Shown: positions 1 to 13,581, counted from the stretch's first letter. The stretch is DNA of 64,000 nucleotides from Eledone cirrhosa (GCA_964016885.1 OZ024744.1:75020001-75084000), one strand, 5' to 3'. The notes: a model not told the origin generated them from the letters alone. Numbers and translations: made by a program.

Positions 1-82
<82 letters not shown>

Positions 83-535
83 TGTTATACTTTGGCAGGG
101 TCATGTTGCCAATAAGAAACACACGCACCAGTTGCTTTCATTCCAATTTATTATAACTTAAATTTATAAAGTTAAGAATTCATAAATTTCCGGTTGGTTG
201 GTTGGTTCCACAACCGGACGGTTGTTCATATATTGTCAAAGTTCTTTCGTCACACATTCTGTGTATACGTATATATATATGTATATATATGTATATATAT
301 GTTATATATATTTCGTTTCTGAATTTGTTTAGCAAGATTCTTTATCTGAAATCGTGTGTTGAAACCGATATTGTTATACTTTGGGAGAGTCATGTTGCCA
401 ATAAGAAACACACGCACCAGTTGCTTTCACTTCAATTTATTATATATTTATAAATTTATAAATTTACAAATCTACAAACTTATAAATTTCTGGTTGGTTG
501 GTTGGTTCCACAACCAGATAGTTGTTTATATATAT

Positions 536-580
536 AGTCATAGTCCTTTCGTCACACACTCTGTGACCTCTTCAGTGACT
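536..580 (-). ncRNA. Minimal type I hammerhead ribozyme motif (PLE pseudo-LTR)
   Basis: Minus strand reads agtca-CTGAAGA-g-gtcaca(gagtg)tgtgac-GAAA-ggac-TA-tgact. Stems I and II pair; stem III is degenerate. Confidence 0.7.
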
Positions 581-857
581 GGGGATTCCTTTCTTCGTTT
601 CTGTGCCTTTTCTTTCTTCTATCCTACGCCATTTTGTTTCTGTGTGTGTGTTGTGTGCTCAGTTTGCGCATGTGCCACATCCGGGTGTCTGTGTGTGTTT
701 GTGTTCATTTTTCTATTTGTTTATTTATTTATTGTTGGTTGGTTGTTTGTTCTATGTGTGTGTGTGTTTTCATTTTGTCCTGTGTGTGTTTTCATTTTGT
801 GTGTGTTTTCAATTGTAAGTTGTTTGTTCTATGTGTGTGTGTGTTTTCATTTTGTCG

Positions 858-1470
858 TTAATTGTAAGTTGTGATGTTGCTGTTCCACTCATATTTTCTA
901 TTTAATTTTGGTTTTAATTCTTTTATGCTTACTGCCTCTGTAATTTGCCTAAACATTGCGTCTTTTCTGTGCGTGGATTCTATTTTTATTTCTATGCTCT
1001 CTAATCTACCCCTGTGTTCTATCTTGGCATGTTGGTAGAGCACAGATGATTCTTTATTATCTTGGAGGTCTCGCCAGTGTTCATTTATCCGTTCCCCTAT
1101 ACTACGAGCTGTCTCACCTATGTACACTATATTTTTGTTTCTACATTGTCCTTCAGTACATCTTATGCTATATACTACATTTCTAGTTTTACAGTTAATA
1201 TGGGGGCTTATTTTACAGGTTATACATTTCTTATCTATACATGAGGGTCTTTGGAACGGGTATGTCTTGCTAATAAGTGTTTTTACGGAGGTACCAGGTC
1301 TTTCTACTATCTTAATATTGAGATTATGTTTATTTAGGGCCCTTCTAAATTTGTAGGCTAGTTCGCCTCTAGGGGTTGTATTGATGAACATTACACTCTG
1401 GTATTTATTGCTATCATACCATGAGTTTATTCTATTGGCCTTGTTCCTAGTTCTTTCTATTCTATTCCAA
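858..1470 (-). pseudogene. Penelope-like GIY-YIG endonuclease (RT part missing)
   Basis: Translation contains CIDKKCITC (Zn-finger linker), NVVYSIRC...VYIGETARSIGERINEH and ITEAVSIKELKPKLN, which are typical of PLE GIY-YIG domains. The frame stays open upstream to the (TA)n tract near 1475. Confidence 0.85.
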
Positions 1471-1475
1471 AATGT

Positions 1476-1561
<86 letters not shown>

Positions 1562-2221
1562 CGCGTGTGTGTGTATGTAGTGAATATATGTATGTACATA
1601 TACCCGGTTGTGTGTGTGCGTGCCTGCCTTACCATATTATGAATAGGTGTGCTCCTTTATGTTTACATGTGTTGAATTTAATACTATCTTATACGTTAAT
1701 GTCTGTATCTTTTTTGACTATAAGTATACACAAAAATACAAAATTACGTGTACATGCACATACGCACACAAATACTTATCAACGTGAATGAGTAATCACC
1801 CATAAATTACGTTTAAAAAGAATGCAAGAATTATGGTGTTTCTCTTATTTCAATGAGCAAAACATTTCCGTTTACAGAGGCATAATCGTTTCACAGTTAA
1901 AATTAAATGAATGTTCAATAAAATTGCAGTTATTTTCCCTTTTACCACTTTCTGTCTTATTTTTCAAATAAATAGTTAATACATATTGCCAACACTAGCG
2001 TTGCTTAATATTTATTTTGGGCACACGATTTAGCTCTCTTTAAATATGTCTATACAATGAATATTATGTGAATATATGTGTATACAAGAATAGTATGTGA
2101 ATATTATTTATGAAAATTATTTGTAATACTAAGCGTAAACTAATCAGCGTGTTGTTCCTTTGTTTGGGTGTAAAGAGTAAAGCAAGGTTTGATCAATACA
2201 TACATATATATATATCAATAA

Positions 2222-2331
<110 letters not shown>

Positions 2332-2724
2332 CAGATTGGAGGCGGTAAAAAACAGTTAGACAATTGCTCCCAGAGTACTTGATACTTGGGGTAGAAGAGT
2401 GGGAGATATGAAAAATTCAAGATCCCGACGTCTGAGCTCCTGCCGTTTCAACAGCTGTTCAGACACATCTGTTGAAGCGGCAGTATTTCAGCCGCCCGGG
2501 TCCCGACCTTTTCATATATATATAGGAACGAGTCGACGAGTCGACGGCTGAGCTCAAGAAGTGTCGACGGCTAATTCTGGACTAAAATGTCCAGAATTAG
2601 CCGTCGAAATGGCTTGAGCTCAGCCGTCGGGGTCCTACTCGTTCCTATTACCCACTCTACTACCCTAAGTATTGAGTACTTTGGTGCGTTATGGTCCATC
2701 TGGTTCCTTACCCCATTTCCTCTG
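2332..2724. repeat. Branched foldback (MITE-like) element with two internal hairpins
   Basis: Inverted arms 2371-2403 and 2651-2683, extending more loosely to 2332/2724. They enclose hairpin A (about 2407-2517) and hairpin B (about 2522-2648). Confidence 0.7.
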
Positions 2725-2775
<51 letters not shown>

Positions 2776-2810
2776 ATATAAGATCAAAAGATGGTTAAAG
2801 GAGTTCCATA

Positions 2811-2881
2811 TATTTTATTATGCGCATTTCAAAAACAAACATCATCAAGCAATAATATTTGTGTTTTCATCAGATAAAACA
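2811..2881 (-). ncRNA. Type I hammerhead ribozyme motif (left arm)
   Basis: Reverse complement of 2990-3060. Confidence 0.75.
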
Positions 2882-2989
2882 GGAGAACATGATATGAAGG
2901 CTAAAAAAACACTTGCTGATAGTGCAGTTTTAAATCAACATAACTGCACTATGAACAAGTGTTTTTTTAGCCTTCATATCATGTTCTCC

Positions 2990-3060
2990 TGTTTTATCTG
3001 ATGAAAACACAAATATTATTGCTTGATGATGTTTGTTTTTGAAATGCGCATAATAAAATA
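2990..3060 (+). ncRNA. Type I hammerhead ribozyme motif (right arm)
   Basis: tgttttat-CTGATGA-[16-bp stem II with G.U pairs]-GAAA-tgcgca-TA-ataaaata. Confidence 0.8.
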
Positions 3061-3599
3061 TATGGAACTCCTTTAACCATCTTTTGATCTTATATTATGC
3101 ATACTCCAGTCCCACAAACTGTAGAGTGCTTCTTATCCGATATCTGCATTGCTTTATCGTACTACAATAAAACTCACCTCCTACATATATATGTATATAT
3201 ATATATAATCTGAATGAAAAACAATAGATATTTAGTAGTATCGCTTTGTTTTGCTAAAGCAATCAAGAAATGAGAGAAATATGGTTACATTTATTTATGT
3301 TTTATTTTTAAAACGTGAAAAGTATTATAAACAAAATATACGATACAATGTACCTTTTGATGGGACTACAAAAACACATCCACGAAAATTAATTATTTAA
3401 ATTTTATGCGTGTATGAGATACATATATTCAAATTTCATGCCCGAATTCGAATGACTGCCAATTTCTAGTTTTTATAATATATGTCTCAAAAAGTATTTG
3501 CAACCCTATTTACAAATCACAATGACTATTTCTAAACATGCACAAGCAAAAACACACACATACACACACATGCATATATGTTTACTATATATAGAGATT

Positions 3600-3832
3600 T
3601 TTTTTAGGAATCGATTGACAGGACCCCAGATATCACTTGCTTACCGAGTGGGTTGTAGCTCGTCGAATCACTAAGGAAACAATGTTTCAACTAGTCTTTC
3701 GATTACTGATACCAAATGGCAATAATAAAGTGGCTTGCTCAAGAACTTAAATAGATCACTCCGTCCTAGAATCGAACTCGCAACCTCACGATTACGAATC
3801 CAGTTCTGTAACTATTATGCCACGCGTCTTCG
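3600..3832 (-). mobile_element. tRNA-derived SINE
   Basis: Minus strand has A-box-like gtggcataatagtta and B-box gagttcgattc, followed by cttgagcaagccacttta. Related to 18125-18250. Confidence 0.6.
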
Positions 3833-3834
3833 CT

Positions 3835-3936
<102 letters not shown>

Positions 3937-4078
3937 TACCTTCTGTTCTATTGTTTTTCCGTATCTTTTGTTTTCTTGTGCGCCATCCCGTTTTGAATGT
4001 GTGTATATGTATATATATATATATATATACACACTTGGACTTACAGACATTCACAAAAACACACACACCATCACGCTC

Positions 4079-4145
<67 letters not shown>

Positions 4146-4421
4146 GTGTGTGTGTGTGTGTGTGTATATATATAAATAAATACACATGGGTGTGTATGAT
4201 CGTGTATAGAAGATTATATTAATAAAAGGAATTCCAACTTTGTCTTATTTACTCGTTTTATCTACAATCCTTTAAAATTATAATGGTATTATAATGAAAT
4301 AGTATGGTAGAATATTAAATGTTAAGTATTAATTGACACTTAACATACTATTTCATTATAATATAATTTTAAAGGATTGTAAATAAAACGAGTAAATCAG
4401 ACAAAGTTGGAATTCCTTTTA

Positions 4422-4502
<81 letters not shown>

Positions 4503-5823
4503 GGAAAGAGAGTGGGGGAGAGAGTACGAGATAATTTAATAAATAGATAGGCAATAGATAAGTAGCTAGCTAGATAGCTAGATAGCTAGATAAATACATG
4601 ATTAGAAGCGCTGGAGTGTTTGAATATGTGTGTGTAAATATCTATTTTAGGTTTTCCTTTGCCATCTATAAATATATCTATGTAATACCGGTTATATTGT
4701 CTATATTTATTTCCGGAAATTTCCATGAGTTTTGAAAGATAAGGAAAACACACATTCCTCTTCTCTCGGTTTCCTTCTCTATTTCCATTCTTTCTTTACC
4801 TATTTCTCCATCTCTCATTCATACTTTTCTCTCCCTTTCTCTTTGTCTCTCTTTCTATCTCCTTCTCTCTCTTTCTTTCACTCTCTCTCTCCTGCTGCGT
4901 CTTCGTCTCTAATTGATTAATATTGAATATATTGGAATTCAAATAGTTGAGCTTATCTTAGTTTTGAAAATGGATACGAAATAAATTACACACAGACACA
5001 CACACACATGCACAGACACACACACATATATGTTTATATATATATATAATGTGCGCGTGTGAATGTGTGTGCCTATATATAATACATGCAATATATCTCT
5101 ATATATATATTTATATACGTTATAAACATTTATATATGTGTGTGCCTTCGTGTACGTGTCTCTAACACATATACAAATATATAATACTGATACTAATACT
5201 AATAATAATACTAATACTAATAATAACAATAATGATGATGATAATAACAATGACAAAAATCACAACACCAGCATCATCATCATCAACAACAGCAACAACA
5301 ATAGTAATAATTCTAAAAGTTAACTTGAAAATAACATAACGCTTCTGCATAGAACTGGTTAATATTTTATAGAAGAATGTTACTGTTTATTTCAAATCAT
5401 AAATGATGTGTGATATGGAATCTGTTAGATATCAAAGTTTTGTGAATTGTGAAGGCACGTTTCTAACTCTTTAGCGTGCTGGGCTGGCTCTGGAGCATAA
5501 AGACGTAAGTTCGATTCACTGTGACTATTATTATTCCATTTCACTCAGAGGAATTTCTCTACGTTAAAAGCACACCTGTCTGTAGAATATTCAGCCATAT
5601 CCTACCTTATATTCATGAGCAGCTAGAACACTCCTTGTCACAACCGACCAATATCCACCATCGTTTTGTTGATGCTGTTGTTGCTACTTTTGTTGTTTTT
5701 TTGCACTTTTTTCTATTCTTTAACCCAAGTTTAGTGATGATTTATTTAAATCCACTATCAGAAAACTTCCAGCCATGACACATGACAAGCATTTTTGTTT
5801 TCGTATATCTGGAAGAGAGAGAG

Positions 5824-5959
<136 letters not shown>

Positions 5960-6810
5960 AGTTTCAGTGTTTCCTAATAATTTTAATTTAAAACGGCTGG
6001 ATTTAATTCGAGGGAAGGTTCAATGTTTATCTTGGAATACTTGTCTTCAACAGTATCGTCGGGATGAGAGTTCAGAAAACTTGTTGAAGATATCAATTGC
6101 ATGTTGCTTTATAAGCTCCTTGCTAGATCATACAGCTTCCTAATCAATTTGTTTCGTTGGATCAGAGGGGACTTCGTTTGGGGCTGGAAGACTAATAATA
6201 GCATCGGAAGAGAGTCATGTGATCAGAACCTAGGTTGCAAAAGGATGAGAAAGCTTGGGTGTCAAGGATGTTGTTACAATATTTCTTTTTCTTAAAGAGG
6301 ATATGATCGAGTTGGGTTCTATTACTATGGTGGTAGATTGTATGGTTCCGTAATTCCTGATAGAGCGGTTGGGTCGTATTGACATGCGACATTTCTTGGG
6401 TACTTTAAGTCTGGCGGAGTCCATACCCCTCCAAGCCTGAGTAGAGAGGATTTCTTCCCGAGAGAGAAAGAATTGACCCCAGTACTAGACTCGTACTTTT
6501 TTTTATCGCCCTTGAAAGGTTGATAAGCAAAGTTGACATCGGTGGGATTTGAACTCAGAGAGCAGCGAGCCGGAACGAATAGCATAAAGCATTCTATCAA
6601 CAGTTTTAGCGACTTTGCCAATTTGCCGCCTGTTATTCCTGTAGCAGAAAGTAAAAGTCCAGAGTTTTGACTTCTTCGTGTACTTGTTGTTAGAAGGGGA
6701 ACATGTCATGCTCATATAACAGCTGGAGTAGCATTTCACATTACGGATTAACTGGGAGTCAAAGATTAAACGCACACCCTGAATTCCTAGCTTCACATTA
6801 AAGTCAACTA
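5960..6810 (-). pseudogene. Degenerate APE-endonuclease LINE fragment (RTE-like), interrupted by a SINE
   Basis: VDFNVKLG (similar to GDFNAKLG), KKSKLWTF, and QLDHILF...AFSSFCNLGSDH, found in different minus-strand frames. Confidence 0.65.
6470..6630 (-). mobile_element. tRNA-derived SINE with MetaSINE-like central domain
   Basis: ggcggcaaattggca...ctgagttcaaatcccaccgatgtcaactttgc. Same family as 21300-21490 and others. Confidence 0.7.
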
Positions 6811-7115
6811 TGAAGGAAAAAAATATTGTGGACAGAAACATTTGCAATGATAATTAAACGACGCGCTTATTACACTAAACGAAGAATGGATTAGTTACTT
6901 AAGTAATAATAAAATGAAAGAGGAAGTTAACTGGTGCATGTGTTTTTATTGGGAGGATGGCCCTACCAAAATATAACAATATCTGTTAGAACACATGATT
7001 TCTCATGAAACAAAAGAAATACACACACGCATGCACACACTCAAACACAAATGTGTAAATATATATATATATATACATATATACTGACACACACACATAT
7101 ATATATATATACATT

Positions 7116-7221
<106 letters not shown>

Positions 7222-7549
7222 CGTGTGTGTGTGTGTGTATGTATATATACACTGACACACACATACCTTAGAGGATCAATAAAAAATGATCAATAAAATT
7301 ATTATCAGACTTGAAAAATATGTATTGGAATCGATATGATCAACTAAATAAATAAAGGTGGTGCTTCGCCGGGACAGCAAAGTGCGATTGACGTAAGAGC
7401 AAGGCACCAGAAGCTATTTCGATGGAGGGAGAGGCCATTGTGTCTCATTGGACATCTACTGCCCACCTCAAGGTCGACAGACCCCGGCCAGTTGGGTGCT
7501 GTCCACCTACTCCTGAATCATGGGCTGTAATAACTGCACCAAGAAAAGC

Positions 7550-7935
7550 AACAAAGAAACAAAGAAACCTTGTCATAGCTTATGCCCCAACCCTCTCTTT
7601 CACACAAGACAAGGACAAGTTTCATGATCAGCTCTCAAGGAAAATATAAGCGATTCCCTATGGAGAACAGCCAGAATAGGAGTCGACCACGACTCATTGA
7701 CTGGGTGCCTGGAACGCTACGCAACATGAATGTCATTAGACAACGACTGCTTCAGCTCTGGATGTCCATGGACATGGTCAACAGCACTTACTTCCAGGCA
7801 AAACCTCAGTATAAATTTTGCCAGCATTATCCCTGCTCATGGCGTTGGTGCTTGCTAGATCTGATCTTCAAAAGACGTCACCACTTGAAGAACGTGTTCC
7901 TGACTAGATCACTTCCTGGTTTGCTGCAATCAGCA
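7550..7935 (+). pseudogene. Degenerate RTE-type APE endonuclease fragment
   Basis: LVIAYAPTL...KDKFHDQL; NMNVIRQRLLQL...NSTYFQAKPQYK...WCLLDLIF. Confidence 0.65.
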
Positions 7936-8080
7936 AACAATTATGGACTACGCAGAGCCTCCGTAAAAGCAGTGTATCAATGCTACTGCAACCAACAAAG
8001 CCGTTGCATTCCTCATGTCACTGGAGGACGCTCTCCTAACAGTCAAAAAGTGAAGACATTGAAGACGGCGATGAACAAAA

Positions 8081-8174
<94 letters not shown>

Positions 8175-8195
8175 GTAATAAACAACATAAGATAA

Positions 8196-8264
8196 TTATT
8201 TCATTTACCAGTGGTTCCTTGAAGACATATATTTATATATGTCTTCAGTCGTCAGAAGGAATAA
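8196..8264 (-). ncRNA. Degenerate type I hammerhead motif
   Basis: ttattcctt-CTGACGA-c[tgaagacatatat/atatatgtcttca]a-GGAA-ccactgg-TA-aatgaaataa. The GAAA core is mutated. Confidence 0.45.
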
Positions 8265-8473
8265 CAGTATGTTTATTGAATATGGATTTGAAAACAAAAA
8301 TTAAGGAAATATGAAAGTGAGGCTGGAATCAAATAACGTTGAGGGGGAAAAATATATGAATAAATATCCAGTACATACACACACTCAAACACACGCATAT
8401 AGATAATAGTACGTAAACGTATACATTCTCACAATATCTCTCCTTACATATATACACAAATATATATGTATAT

Positions 8474-8569
<96 letters not shown>

Positions 8570-8886
8570 TTATATATATATATATATATATACATATATA
8601 TACACACACAAACACACACACATATATAAATACTTATACTCACACATACATATACATACAAAAATACACAAAAGTCTATATACATACACACACCTATATA
8701 TACATACACACATATATACACACACATATACACACATATATCAATATATATATAGACATATATATACATGCATGTATATATATGTGTGAGTATACATATT
8801 TATATGTGTGTGTGTTTGTGTGTGTATATATATATGAGTGTGTATGTGTGTTTGTGTATATATATATATGTGTATATATATATAGA

Positions 8887-8982
<96 letters not shown>

Positions 8983-9051
8983 CATATATATATATATATA
9001 ATATATATCAATGATATTAATAAATGGAAAGTATATTTATAAAACCATATT

Positions 9052-9111
9052 TATTTTATTATATAAATTTCAAGGTACCAAAAATTTGGTACGCGCTCAT
9101 CAGATAAAATA
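9052..9111 (-). ncRNA. Type I hammerhead ribozyme motif (solo)
   Basis: tattttat-CTGATGA-gcgc[gtaccaaa/tttggtac]ctt-GAAA-tttata-TA-ataaaata. Lies in a short island between (TA)n tracts. Confidence 0.65.
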
Positions 9112-9178
9112 CAAAGTTTTTGACATATCCACGAAGGACATCTTAACGGTTCAAGTTTTTCCTTTTGCTTATATATAT

Positions 9179-9216
<38 letters not shown>

Positions 9217-9217
9217 C

Positions 9218-9321
<104 letters not shown>

Positions 9322-10008
9322 AATATATGTATATATATATATGTATGTATTTAGGTTTTTTGGTTCACCACTGGATAGAATTGATAATTCCGTATGGTCA
9401 ATCTTGATGTAATATTACTCATACGGAACCCGGTCATTGAAATGATCATAGTATAATAAAACTTTCAAGGATTTACACCAGTCCAGCCTCCTGTTATTTT
9501 CTTTATATATATATATACATGCGTTCCTTTGTCAGTGTTGAGCTAACGAGTAACGATGGTTGCTAGACACTACGGCTTAATACGGGATGTTTGTTTACAA
9601 ACACATCAAGCATTATAATAAATGTTCGGTGAATCCATACGTACATATATATATGAGTGTATGTATGTATATATATATATACATACTACTGTACGTCTGT
9701 ATACATATATGTATGTACGTCTACATACTTATATATACATGCATATACATATATTATTATGTACAAACCTTTGGGAAGTAGTTCAGGAACAGAATTAAAT
9801 AAGAACAAACAATTTTAAAAATATATAAAAAGTAAAAAAAAAATGAAGTCATAAAGGGACGTAAGGTGGGGTGGAGTTAAATGACAAAATATAAATGCAA
9901 ACAACATATAAAAAAACACAAACCCTTACACACGATATGTATATATGTATATTTATATATATATATATAATATATATAAGATCAAAAGATGGTTAAAAGG
10001 GATCCATG

Positions 10009-10079
10009 TATTTTATTATGCGCATTTCAAAAACAAATATCATCATGCGATGACATTTTCCTTTTCGTCAGATAAAATA
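10009..10079 (-). ncRNA. Type I hammerhead ribozyme motif (left arm)
   Basis: Reverse complement of 10198-10268, with two changes in stem II. Confidence 0.7.
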
Positions 10080-10197
10080 GGGAAACATGATATGAAGGTT
10101 AAAAAACACTTGTGAATAGTGCAGTTTTAAATCAACATATGTTAATTTAAAACTGCACTATTCATAAGTGTTTTTTAACCTTCATATCATGTTTCCC

Positions 10198-10268
10198 TAT
10201 TTTATCTGACGAAAACGCAAATGTCATCGCATGATGATATTTGTTTTTGAAATGCGCATAATAAAATA
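10198..10268 (+). ncRNA. Type I hammerhead ribozyme motif (right arm)
   Basis: tattttat-CTGACGA-aaacgcaaatgtcatc(gcat)gatgatatttgttttt-GAAA-tgcgca-TA-ataaaata. Confidence 0.8.
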
Positions 10269-10394
10269 CATGGATCTCTTTTAACCATCTTTTGATCTTA
10301 TATATTATTTATACTCCAGTCCTACAAACTGTAGATTGCTACTTATCCGATATCTGCATTGCTTTATTGTACTACAATAAAACTCACCTCCTAC

Positions 10395-10439
<45 letters not shown>

Positions 10440-10874
10440 AGGAGGTTATAGTTCACTTGAAGCATTGTGTAATGAGGTATAAACGTTTGTATATGTATAA
10501 TAAAGCCAAAACAATGCAGGTATGGACATAGAATAAAGTATGCAAATGCAAAAGATATTATTGACAATTTGTCTTTTACCTTAGATTTATTTAAATGTCC
10601 TAAATTTTCGAGATAATATCTCTTCCTCAGAGAGAATAAAGTTGTCAAACCAGTGTTCTAAAAAGCTTTCCAAGTCCGTGATGTTTGCTCTGGTCAGAGC
10701 AAACATCGCGGACGCTCTATCTCAAAATTATTTTTGAAAAGTATTAGAAATGCGCAACCGGTAAAACTTAAAACCAAAACTGAATACTAACCAATAGAAT
10801 TACTAACTCTCACTTATTCCTAATTAAACTATTTTTCACTGTGAACAATTTGTCAGCATTTTCTATTCCGTTTA

Positions 10875-10948
<74 letters not shown>

Positions 10949-11429
10949 ATACAATAACAGAGATAGTTTAAAGCTAAACTCTGACTGGTAACCATCTCAC
11001 ACAACAAACATTAGGTTATATTTTAATATAAACCCAATTTAAGTGTTTGGGGTGCTAACAATATGTATTATGTGGAAAAGCCAGTTGTATTATTTTATGA
11101 GATATGATTAAAGTTAAAATAAATTTCTCTTTCCAAACAATTGTTTCATTATAAGTTTTCTACAAATTGGGAGAATATTTCCAGTTTATGTAGAAGCCTA
11201 ATATACATTGATGTAAGAATATATTGAGGTGGGTGCTTATAAATCATCAGTGGAAGCCCATTAAACTTTGATATAAGAAAAGAATTCTTACCGCAGTTAA
11301 AAATCGTGTCTGTTAAGTTGCTCCTTCTCGCATCGAATGACCGCCAAATTTGAAAGTCCAGCAGTTTTTGACTGAGGAAGTATTATAGCGTCACTAAGCG
11401 GGAAGGGCAGACAACTACGATCCACGAAA

Positions 11430-11785
11430 TGAGGAAAAAAAATAATATACACGCGGGTTAATCAGTTTTTTCGAAAACATTATCAATCCAACGTGTTAAG
11501 AACTCAATTGATATTAAAAAAATAAATATATGCGTGTATAAATTACACACGCATATAGATATTTTCTTAGGCTAAAATCAGTGGTTTTACCTGAATAAGA
11601 AACCGCATCTCGTAACCGTAGTAAATACGGAAAGTTATGCTTTAAAGGGCAAATGGGAATGTTAATCTCCGGCCGAATTAAGAGTAAAATATAAAACACA
11701 CGCGGGTTAATTAGTTATTAACTAATATCAATTCCTCGTGTAAAGAACTCAAATAATAAAAAAAAATAAATGTATGCATGTAATT
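11430..11785. repeat. Diverged direct repeat of about 100 bp (about 11445-11545 and 11695-11785)
   Basis: acacgcgggttaat...tatcaat...cgtgt..aagaactcaa...aaaaaaataaat.tatgc.tgta occurs twice. Confidence 0.6.
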
Positions 11786-12063
11786 ATATATATATATATA
11801 TGTATATATTTATATATATACAAACACACACACACACATATATATGTGTAGAAATAAATGAATACATATACATAAACATATACATATATATATATACAAA
11901 CACGCAGGCATACCCACACAAGCCCATACATACATATATATATATATATTTATATATATATATGGAAAATGTGTGAAATCCTTGGTACAGCTAGGTATAT
12001 TTGAAAAAAGGAAAAGAATGACTTCACTTGTAGTTCTGAACAATTTGATTTAATGTTATATTA

Positions 12064-13390
12064 TCTCCTTATAATATATAACCAGCAATTTCTCTGTTTG
12101 CCTGTCTGTCCGACAGAGGAAACACGTGCGCGCGTGCGAATGTTTTTTGCGCACGCGTAGAGAGAGAGTGTGAGTGAAAGAAAGAGACAGACTAGAAGAG
12201 GGGGATAGCGGGAGGGAGAGAGGGGGGAATTGAGGAGTGCTACAGAAACATATATACATTTCTGTGTGTGTGTAATATATATATATATACACACACAGAA
12301 ATATATATATATACACACAGAAATATATATACATTTCTGTGTGTGTAATATATATATATATATATACACACAGAAATATATATACATTTGTGTGTGTGTA
12401 ATATATATATATATACTAGCAGAAAACTACCCGGGGCGGTTTTCTGCTAGTCTATATATATAAAACTGAGGATGTCTGTCTGTATGTGTGTGAGTTTGAA
12501 TCCCTAAAACTCGAGAACCACTCAACCGACTGCTTTCAAACTTTACACATGTAATACTTATGTTTCAGTGAGCCTTCTGAGCAAAGAAAATTTCAAATTT
12601 TCAATGCTCTCGGGACCGCATTAGGCGACTTAGCGATCTGTCTCTATAATTCTTAGTCTTACTCTTTTTAGATAGATACATACATATAACGTCGCTCCCT
12701 TATAATATCTGTCCGTATGTCTGTCTGCATTACATCACTTCCTTGAGGATGTCTGTATGTGTGTGTGCGTGTGTGTGTGTGTGCGCGTGTGTCTGAGTTT
12801 GAATCCCTAAAACTCGAGAAGTACCCAACCGACTTTTTTCAAACTTTACATGTGTATTACTTATGTTTCAGGAAGTGTTATGCATATAACAAAGTTCAAC
12901 TTTTTCATCCCTGGGGCCCGCATTAGGTGAAAAACTGCATTGCTTCAGGATTTTAGAGGACTTTTGAGGCATTACGTCAGACCTATTTCCTTGAAATTGT
13001 AGCTATGTAATAGTCAGTCTCTTCTTCATACAGTGAACAAAGAAAATCCAACTTTTTTATGGACTAGGGCCCGAATTAGGTGAAAAACTTCATTTTTTCA
13101 GCTTTTTAGGGTTTCTTTGAGTCGTTACGTCTAGCCGATTTTACCGAAATTTCAAGGCATTTTATGCACATAAAAAAATTCAATTTATTGATCCCTAGGG
13201 TCCGCATTAGGTGAAAATCTGGATTTTTCCTGCTTCATAGAGGAAAATATTGAAGATTATCCAGCCATCAGAGTATTCGGGTTATTTTCTTTACATATTG
13301 TCCAGGCATGCAGTTTGTTCACGATTAGGTCTGTTGGCGGCGCGCGTTCTAAAATACATTATCCCGTGCAACGCCGGGTAACACTGCTAG
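12064..13390 (+). mobile_element. Two tandem non-autonomous Helitron-type elements (12064-12450 and 12451-13390)
   Basis: 5'-TC starts (A|TCtccttataatat; TCtatatatataaaactgaggatgtctgtc). 3' end is cccgtgcaacgccggg hairpin + taacactgCTAG|T. Internal repeats ccgcattaggtgaaaa and an internal duplication (about 12465-12630 vs 12745-12930). Confidence 0.7.
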
Positions 13391-13453
13391 TAATATTATA
13401 AAATTAAATCAAATTGTTTAGAACTACAAGTGAAGTTATTCTTTTCCTTTATT

Positions 13454-13581
<128 letters not shown>

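Larger units (their letters stand above)
79..1470 (-). mobile_element. 5'-truncated Penelope-like element (PLE): C-terminal GIY-YIG region, then a pseudo-LTR-like 3' region with a hammerhead and a partial tandem copy
   Basis: GIY-YIG ORF at 858-1391. Direct repeat 79-263 vs 368-563. Hammerhead motif at 536-580. Bounded by (TA)n on both sides. Confidence 0.8.
2773..3185. mobile_element. Foldback element family A, copy 1 (about 157-bp arms plus about 87-bp tail, hammerhead in each arm)
   Basis: Arms 2773-2929 and 2942-3098 are near-perfect inverted repeats. Unique tail 3099-3185. Flanked by (TA)n. Homologous to 9972-10398. Confidence 0.85.
9972..10398. mobile_element. Foldback element family A, copy 2 (about 167-bp arms, no spacer, plus tail; hammerhead in each arm)
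   Basis: Palindrome centred at 10138/10139, spanning 9972-10305. Tail 10306-10398 is homologous to 3099-3185. Flanked by (TA)n. Confidence 0.85.

Noticed and set aside
6640-6807. Apparent Cys-containing exon after a good acceptor site
   Set aside because: The motifs DFNVKLG, KLWTF and the downstream QLDHIL/GSDH identify it as decayed LINE endonuclease.
9380-9460. Hairpin plus GAAA-tgatca-TA resembling a hammerhead 3' half
   Set aside because: No CUGANGA in a suitable position.
12600-13230. CRISPR-like spaced repeats (ccgcattaggtgaaaa)
   Set aside because: Irregular long spacing with related spacers, in a eukaryotic Helitron interior with no cas genes.
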